Origin: Selaginella moellendorffii
Taxonomy: Eukaryota; Plantae; Lycopodiophyta
DNA: 8,415 nt
Direction of reading: 5' to 3'
Assembly: GCF_000143415.4 (NCBI RefSeq)
Contig: NW_003314631.1
Coordinates: forward strand, 1 to 8,415
The position numbers and the translations under genes are program-made. Positions 1-5,504 of this stretch are shown here, piece after piece. Below the pieces are notes generated by a model. That model searched no databases, was not told the origin of the DNA, and saw only the letters and a list, made by a program, of their open reading frames with translations. The first letter of the stretch is position 1. Every line of letters begins with the position of its first letter.

Positions 1-418
1 CAATCTTTCATACAGCCGCCTTGCTCTATTGATTTGATCCAACATAGAAAACTGGTGACATGCCAGAAAGAAAAGAAGTATACATGTAACGAAACAAATC
101 AAGGAATCTTTTCTGCTTTCTTTCCTTCTGGCAAGTCAATAATTTTCAGCTGGATCGAACCAACAAAGCAAGGTGGGAGATGTCTGAAGTTCTTAGAAAG
201 ATTGAAATTGTTGGCGGAGGTGCAACTTAATGAAACGTACCACATGTTCTAATTGTCTTGCTCTCATTCGATGAGCAGACTAGTATGAAGAAAGGATGAC
301 AAAAACCTCCTGTTGTTTACGAAGTTCTTGGAATTGTCATGTATGGCTCGCAAAAGCACAGAAAGCTTCAAGACTTGACCTTCCTGCTTGATTTCTTTAA
401 AGCACCGCATGGCACAGA

Positions 419-1500
419 CTACAAACAAAGATTTAAGACTGGTTTAAATTATGAAATCAAGATTTACCTTCAAAGTGCTTGCAAGAGCTACAATGCAGCC
501 AACCACGGCCAACAGTAACTGCTTCTCGTCCGAAATAGAAGTTTCAGAAATAAACCATGCTAGGATGTTCAGGCTATGTACTTGTACAGGCGTAGTGCTA
601 TCTGGTATTAGTGTTAGTGACGACAAGTAAAACACTGAGCTTTCCAAAAGAAAAGAAACAGCATCGGGAGTATGCCCAAGGAGAATTAACAGTAAACTTC
701 CCGGAAAGTTTTGCGAAAATAAGATAAATACTATCACGAACCTGCAATAGAGAAGATTAGTATTTCTTCTCGATGGAATTTTATTATGTTGGAGTCCAAG
801 AACGAGATGATCCTACACAATACAAGAAGTTTCCCCAGACGTAGATACTGGTCAGCACCGAACTGAGATACATAATCAACCTAAATTATGCACAGATGAA
901 AAAAAATTCAAGAGTATCAGTGTTAGTTGCGATTGCTGACACTCCTCACAAAGAAATGGAACGTATTTCTTTAATAACTGCTCTGGGTTTCCTAGCTGGT
1001 TAATTTCTTGCGTTGGAAGTCACGAAGGCTCAACATTTTGGAGTTGTCAGATATCATAGCTGCTTCTAGCATTAAATCAGTTAGAATGTGATCCTGCACT
1101 GCAATTTATAGTTCACGTCGGTATACCACACATCTTGAACAAAATAGCTCGGGAGATGCAACAGCGTGGTGTCCACTGCTGGCTTCTTGTAGGATCCATG
1201 CATCTCATCTCAAGTGGGCAGAGATCAAGTGGAAGCTGGAGAGCTATCCCAATTCTCGGGAGATGTGATGAAGAAAATGGTGGGATTGTTGATTTTTGTA
1301 GAGAGAATATCTGCACCTTTGTGAAACGTTTTCCTACAGGCCTTTCGAATCCACGGAACCTGGAAGTCAAAACAAGAGAGAGTAGCTTCAGAACATTTAA
1401 AAGCTCACCCCTGCAAGTTCTGTTGTGGTACAGAGTGAATGAGTTTCTTTTTGCCTATGGGAACCTCAAAGCCAATGCCAAGTACCTTTTTTGACAACTC
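419..1500 (-). other. Probable multi-exon host gene or pseudogene fragment, product unidentified (one exon weakly helical-repeat-like)
   Basis: Minus-strand GT-AG introns: 1408->1360 (GTGAGC...TTCCAG, 49 nt) and 467->419 (GTAAAT...TTGTAG, 49 nt). Further acceptors: TTTTGCAG at ~1500, CTAAT...TTGCAG at 742, CTAAC/CTAAT...CCAG at 602. Exon 601->468 reads STTPVQVHSLNILAWFISETSISDEKQLLLAVVGCIVALASTLK. I could not assemble a continuous spliced CDS. Confidence 0.35.
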
Positions 1501-1531
1501 TGCAAAATCATAGAAAGAAAGAAACAAATGA

Positions 1532-1555
1532 AGAGAGAGAGAGAGAGAGAGAGAG
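1532..1555. repeat. (AG)12 microsatellite
   Basis: Read directly; preceded by (GAAA)3 at 1513-1524. Confidence 0.97.
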
Positions 1556-1635
1556 GAATTGATCCATCAATTTTATCTGTCTAGGTTTCTAGTTTCTTCC
1601 ATACCTTGAGGAACCAATTGTTAAATTCCATTGAG

Positions 1636-1720
1636 TACTACTCCTCTTTTTAAATAATTTGTTGTGCTATTTAAAATATACTACTCCTCTTTTTAAATTT
1701 CTTTTGTGCTATCTAAAATA
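1636..1720. repeat. Tandem duplication, 43 + 42 bp
   Basis: tactactcctctttttaaataatttgttgtgctatttaaaata (1636-1678) followed by tactactcctctttttaaatttcttttgtgctatctaaaata (1679-1720). Confidence 0.92.
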
Positions 1721-1730
1721 TATCACAATG

Positions 1731-1905
1731 TGTGAGGGCCAAGTGTACAGTTATGATGCTGTATACTAATATTAGCATAGTGGGATTTTGGTAGCCATCG
1801 GATTGGTTTTAATTTGGACCACTCGCTCCAGTATATAAGCTAGGGTTTTTGGGCTAATTGATATGCACATTTCTGTATTCCCTTTCCATATTCTAAGCAC
1901 TCACA
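1731..1905 (+). repeat. 5' LTR (175 bp)
   Basis: Starts TGTGAG(GGC) and ends (GCA)CTCACA, an 8/9 terminal inverted repeat with TG...CA ends. Internal TATATAA; immediately followed by T + TGG PBS. The second LTR is not in the window. Confidence 0.8.
1832..1848 (+). promoter_or_regulatory. LTR TATA box followed by a telo-box (TAGGGTTT)
   Basis: TATATAA at 1832-1838; TAGGGTTT at 1841-1848 (reverse complement AAACCCTA). Confidence 0.55.
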
Positions 1906-1906
1906 T

Positions 1907-1919
1907 TGGTGGAGGTAAG
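1907..1919 (+). other. Primer-binding site, tRNA-Ala type
   Basis: TGGTGGAG(GTAAG) starts 1 nt after the LTR-terminal CA and is complementary to the ...CUCCACCA 3' end typical of tRNA-Ala. Confidence 0.7.
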
Positions 1920-1960
1920 GAGCATCTTTGATTGTCCCTAAAGAGTGCTTGGATTTGGGA

Positions 1961-2077
1961 TTTTGGTTTAGATCTAGCTTTTGCATCGTCTAGATCTAGC
2001 TTTTTCCATTTCCTGTCTTTTGTTCTTTCTATTCAGGGTTTTGGTTTAGATTTAGCTTTTTGCGTTGTCTAGATCTA
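1961..2077 (+). repeat. Direct repeat (~38 bp x2) with TAGATCTA palindromes in the retroelement leader
   Basis: ttttggtttagatctagcttttgcatcgtctagatcta (1961-1998) versus ttttggtttagatttagctttttgcgttgtctagatcta (2039-2077). Confidence 0.85.
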
Positions 2078-2138
2078 CCATTTCCTTCTAGCTTTTTGTC
2101 ATTTCTCTTCTTTTGCTCTTTCTTTTTCGTTCATCTTC

Positions 2139-3071
2139 ATGGCAAATCAGCAATCTCCTCCTTTGACTCTAGAGCAGCAATTGGTACAATTGCTTGATGC
2201 TATGCGCTTGCAGTTGAACAACCAAACTCAGTTGATGGCGGCATTCACGGCACGTGGTACAACTCCTCCTGCTCTTGGTGCCAATCCTCGCGTTCGGCCG
2301 GAGTTCTTTTGCGGGAATCCTGGGGATGATGTGTACCATTGGTTCGATCACTTCACGGTGATTGCCACATATCATTCTTGGGATGATGCTCGACGGTTGC
2401 GTGAGTTTCCCATGTGTCTCCAAGGGATGGCGTTGCAGTAGTACAATGGTTTGAGCGCAGCCACTCGTGGGGATTGGAGTGTTCTCCCGGACGTCTTCAA
2501 ACACGCCTTCGGACATGCCGATGATTGTGATGATACTTTCCAACAATTGCATTGTCTTCGCCAAGGGCCATCTGAGTCGGTGATGCAATTTGGCGTTCGT
2601 TTCCGAAGTCTTTTGCTTCATGCGGAGCCAAATATGTCGGAGCGGATCAAGCTAGGAATGTTGTGGCCAGCACTTCGTCAAGATCTTGTCGGCCTTATGC
2701 ATGCACTTGCTCCTGCCACCCTTGACAATGCTCTTCACTTGGCACAACGTTATGAGATGTCGCCTCTTCCACTTCTCGCTGCACGTCCTTCCGCTCCACT
2801 TCCTATGAGTGATGGTCCTGTTCCAATGGAGGTTGATGCTGCTGCTGCTCGAGTCCAAGGACAAGCGCGAGGACATGGTCGTGGCCGTGATGTTCACTAC
2901 TGGGTGTGTGATAAAGTTGGTCATACTTATCGGCATTGCCGTCGTTTTCCGGATTGGCGACCTCCATTTCCTAGGTGGAGACCTTGGCGTCAGCAACATC
3001 CCGTGGGTGCTGCTGCAGTGGAAGGTCTGGACATCGAGATGCATCCGGGAAACGAGGAGTCGCGCGAGTAA
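2139..3071 (+). pseudogene. gag: Retrotransposon Gag with one internal stop
   Basis: ORFs 2139-2441 and 2451-3071 share a frame and are separated by TAG at 2439-2441 where W is expected (ALQ*YNGL). Motifs: PEFFCG..DVYHWF, LRQGPSESVMQFGVRF, PMEVD and a decayed zinc knuckle Y-WV-C-DKVG-H-TYRH-C. Confidence 0.9.
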
Positions 3072-3108
3072 CGGAGGGACCTTGCGCAAATAAATCAGTG
3101 ACCCCTCC
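3047..3108 (+). promoter_or_regulatory. -1 programmed ribosomal frameshift signal (slippery heptamer plus H-type pseudoknot)
   Basis: G GGA AAC at 3047-3053 in the gag frame; pol is in the -1 frame. 8-nt spacer. Stem 1 GCGCGAG (3062-3068)/CTTGCGC (3081-3087); stem 2 GGAGGG (3073-3078)/CCCTCC (3103-3108). Confidence 0.8.
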
Positions 3109-3950
3109 ATCTTTCTTTCGGGAGTACCATCAAGGGGTTCACTCGGCACCAGTTCATCCAGTGTTTACTTTCCAAGTTCGTTTTTATAACAAGAGGTCTC
3201 CTATTATTCTCTCCGTGTTGGTTGATATAAGTTCGAGTTTATCTTCTATTGCTCGACCTGTTGCCACACGTTGTCGTCTACACTTGCGTCGTGCGGCGGA
3301 ACCATTTTTCATTCTTTATGGCAACGGCTGTACACATGCATGTGCACGGGATGAAGTGGACCTAGTTGTGCGTGTGAGCGATCTTGAGCTTGAGTTGCAG
3401 TTGTTGCGGGTGGTGCCAAGTCAAGCTTTTGACCTCATTCTTGGTATGGATTGGTTGCAGCGCAATCATGCCAAGTGTGACTTTGAGGCTTCTCCCCTTG
3501 TCTTATACTTCTTTATGTTTCATCCATTCCTCTCACTTCCATACCTCTTCGTCCCTCTACTTTTACCTCTGCTTCCATTACTTTTGTTCCCCCACTCTTT
3601 CCTTTTATGTTTCCATCTTGTTCTGCTTTTCCCTTTTCCGATCCCTCCGACGATCTTTTGTTGCAGCAGTTGACCGGCTCATGAAGGAGTATTCTGATCT
3701 ATTTGAATTTGACCTATCGTCTGGGGCCAAGATTGCCACATGTCATCCGATTCCAACTAGGGATGCTCGTCCAATCAAGGTTCCTGTTTGTCGTTGGTCA
3801 CCTAAGGAGATCAAGATTTTATGAGCAAACATCAAGGAAATGCTAGAGAAAGGTGTTATTTGGAAGTCGCGGAGTCCTTGGGCGAACCTCATCTTGTGAC
3901 GAAGCCTGATGGGAGTATTCGTTTCTGCATCGACTATCGTCTGTTAAAAT
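3047..3950 (+). pseudogene. pol: Pol N-terminal part: aspartic protease and start of reverse transcriptase, with frameshifts and a stop
   Basis: Protease VLVDISSS (decayed DTG, 3224-3232) and FDLILGMDWL. RT: LMKEYSDLF..HPIPT..ARPIK..RWSPKE..*ANIKEMLEKGVI.KSRSPWA / PHLVTKPDGSIRFCIDYR. TGA at 3822-3824 and at least two frameshifts (~3500-3670 and ~3886). Confidence 0.9.
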
Positions 3951-4477
3951 GCTCTATTTCGTTAAAGTGGGATTTATTCAGTAAAATGGGACTAGGTACA
4001 AATTTTCAAGTATTTGAAAATGACATGAAATTATATGTTTTTTGTCCAGGGGCTAGACATATCTGGGGCATGGTGACTAGCGCGGTGACTTTATGTCCAG
4101 ACTGAGTCCATCTGGTTGTATAATAAATCTCATTGTCAAGGTGAACAAGCCGAATCTGAAGCTAAAGAAGAGCGATGGCATGCGCGCACACACTATTTGT
4201 TTGTTCATTGAGCGTGTGGTGAGCTTTCCAAGATGAACGTCATTCCTATTAGCCAGACATATAACTTAATGGTGAGAACATTTAGATATTATTCAATGTT
4301 ATCTTTTTCTAACGAATCTAATTGTGAAGGTGTAGCAAGAGGTATTGCTAGTCTGGAGAAGTCATTTAACTCATTTGACCCTTAGTGTATTTTCATGAAA
4401 CTAAATAACATTCATATTATTAAGGAATTTCTCTAGTACCTTTTTTTTACGACATAGAGGCTTGCATTTCTTTCAAA

Positions 4478-4602
4478 GGTGATTTAGTAAAAGGCCTGAG
4501 GGCACATGCCATTCTATTTCTCAGACCGGTATTAAGATATACTAGTGCAAAGGGAAAAAGGTATTTGGTGATCAAGTAAATGGCATGAGGGCACACGCCA
4601 TT
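4478..4602 (+). repeat. 36-bp direct repeat x2 containing the dyad motif
   Basis: ggtgatttagtaaaaggcctgagggcacatgccatt (4478-4513) versus ggtgatcaagtaaatggcatgagggcacacgccatt (4567-4602), 31/36 identical. Confidence 0.9.
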
Positions 4603-4608
4603 ATAAGC

Positions 4609-4866
4609 CTAAGCGCTAGTGGACACCTCCTTTTTGGTACTCTCAGCAGTACTATCATCCTTCTCCGGGTCAGTTGTTTTGCTTTGGATTGTTGTCTCTG
4701 ACGTTACTGGGGCGTTCTCGATAGTTGTTAATGTTGCCGTTTGTTCAGAAAAATGATCACCTGGAGTATAGTACGGGGAGTTTGGAAGACTTATATATTC
4801 TACATCTTCACCTATCTCCTTCTCCGTCTCCTTTTCTGCCTCACTTACAGATTTTGTGCTTGCCAT
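4609..4866 (-). CDS. Small acidic Ser/Thr/Glu-rich hypothetical protein (85 aa) inside the transposon
   Basis: ATGGCA start at 4866: MASTKSVSEAEKETEKEIGEDVEYISLPNSPYYTPGDHF...KKEVSTSA*. The segment looks less AT-rich than its flanks, and TATAA lies ~40 nt upstream on the minus strand. No recognisable domain. Confidence 0.5.
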   Translation of the reverse strand: MASTKSVSEAEKETEKEIGEDVEYISLPNSPYYTPGDHFSEQTATLTTIENAPVTSETTIQSKTTDPEKDDSTAESTKKEVSTSA

Positions 4867-5504
4867 GAGAACGCTTTTCACCCTAAAATATGGAGTTCGT
4901 TGTGTTATAAAAGGAAACCAACACACTCGTTGCAAGGGAATGATGGTACATAAAGCACGTAAGCCCACAATATGGGTTTATGTGCCATTAATATGGGCCA
5001 CACGCCATATTATTAGATTTATGCACGTGTGATTGGTAAATGCATATATCACATCATCTTTGTTTTACCTCACACACTATATCAGGCCTAATGAACCATA
5101 TCACATGTGCGCACATGCTATATATATGGAGAAGTATTATGCAAGGATAGAAATTCAATGCATGATTGTGGAGAGCAATGGCATGAAGCCACATGCTAAA
5201 TAACATTTTAGAGAAAGAATTAAAATAAAAACATGCAAACAGTACTAAGTGGACCAAGACTTAGAAGTGCACAATTGAATGAGGTATTTCTAATAAATAC
5301 TTCACTCACCTCATATAGGAATGGCTACCACTCTCAAATGGCGTATCGCCTCATGCCATCACCTCGCAATTTGTTATAACAATCCGATGAATTCATATTC
5401 GGCTTGTTCACCTTGAACTTTAAGTAAGATTTGCTAGAACAACTAAGAATTTATACTTGTTATTTGTATCATCTCACCTAGGAATAGCGTAAGGCCATAT
5501 GCCA

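Larger units (their letters stand above)
1731..3955 (+). mobile_element. Ty3/Gypsy LTR retrotransposon, 5' portion, degenerate and interrupted within RT
   Basis: Order LTR-PBS-gag-protease-RT, with protease directly followed by RT (Gypsy order). RT motifs SPWA and VTKPDGSIRFCIDYR. Homology stops just after DYR. The right boundary is approximate. Confidence 0.93.

Noticed and set aside
34-1494. ORFs 34-252 (+), 1135-1494 (+) and 1113-1370 (-) as standalone genes
   Set aside because: They have non-ATG starts and no motifs; splice signals favour a minus-strand exon/intron structure instead.
1636-1720. Stowaway MITE ends (TA-CTCC...)
   Set aside because: The copies are direct rather than inverted and do not match CTCCCTCCGT.
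2169-3149. Minus-strand ORFs of 150 and 165 aa and the plus-strand ORF 2809-3093
   Set aside because: They overlap gag in other frames and show no independent coding signal.
3490-3673. Hydrophobic F/L/P-rich tail of ORF 2975-3673 as an env-like or transmembrane domain
   Set aside because: It results from out-of-frame reading of a pyrimidine-rich protease-RT linker after a frameshift.
4176-5504. CRISPR-like array
   Set aside because: Spacing is irregular, orientation is mixed, repeats are degenerate, context is eukaryotic and there are no cas genes.
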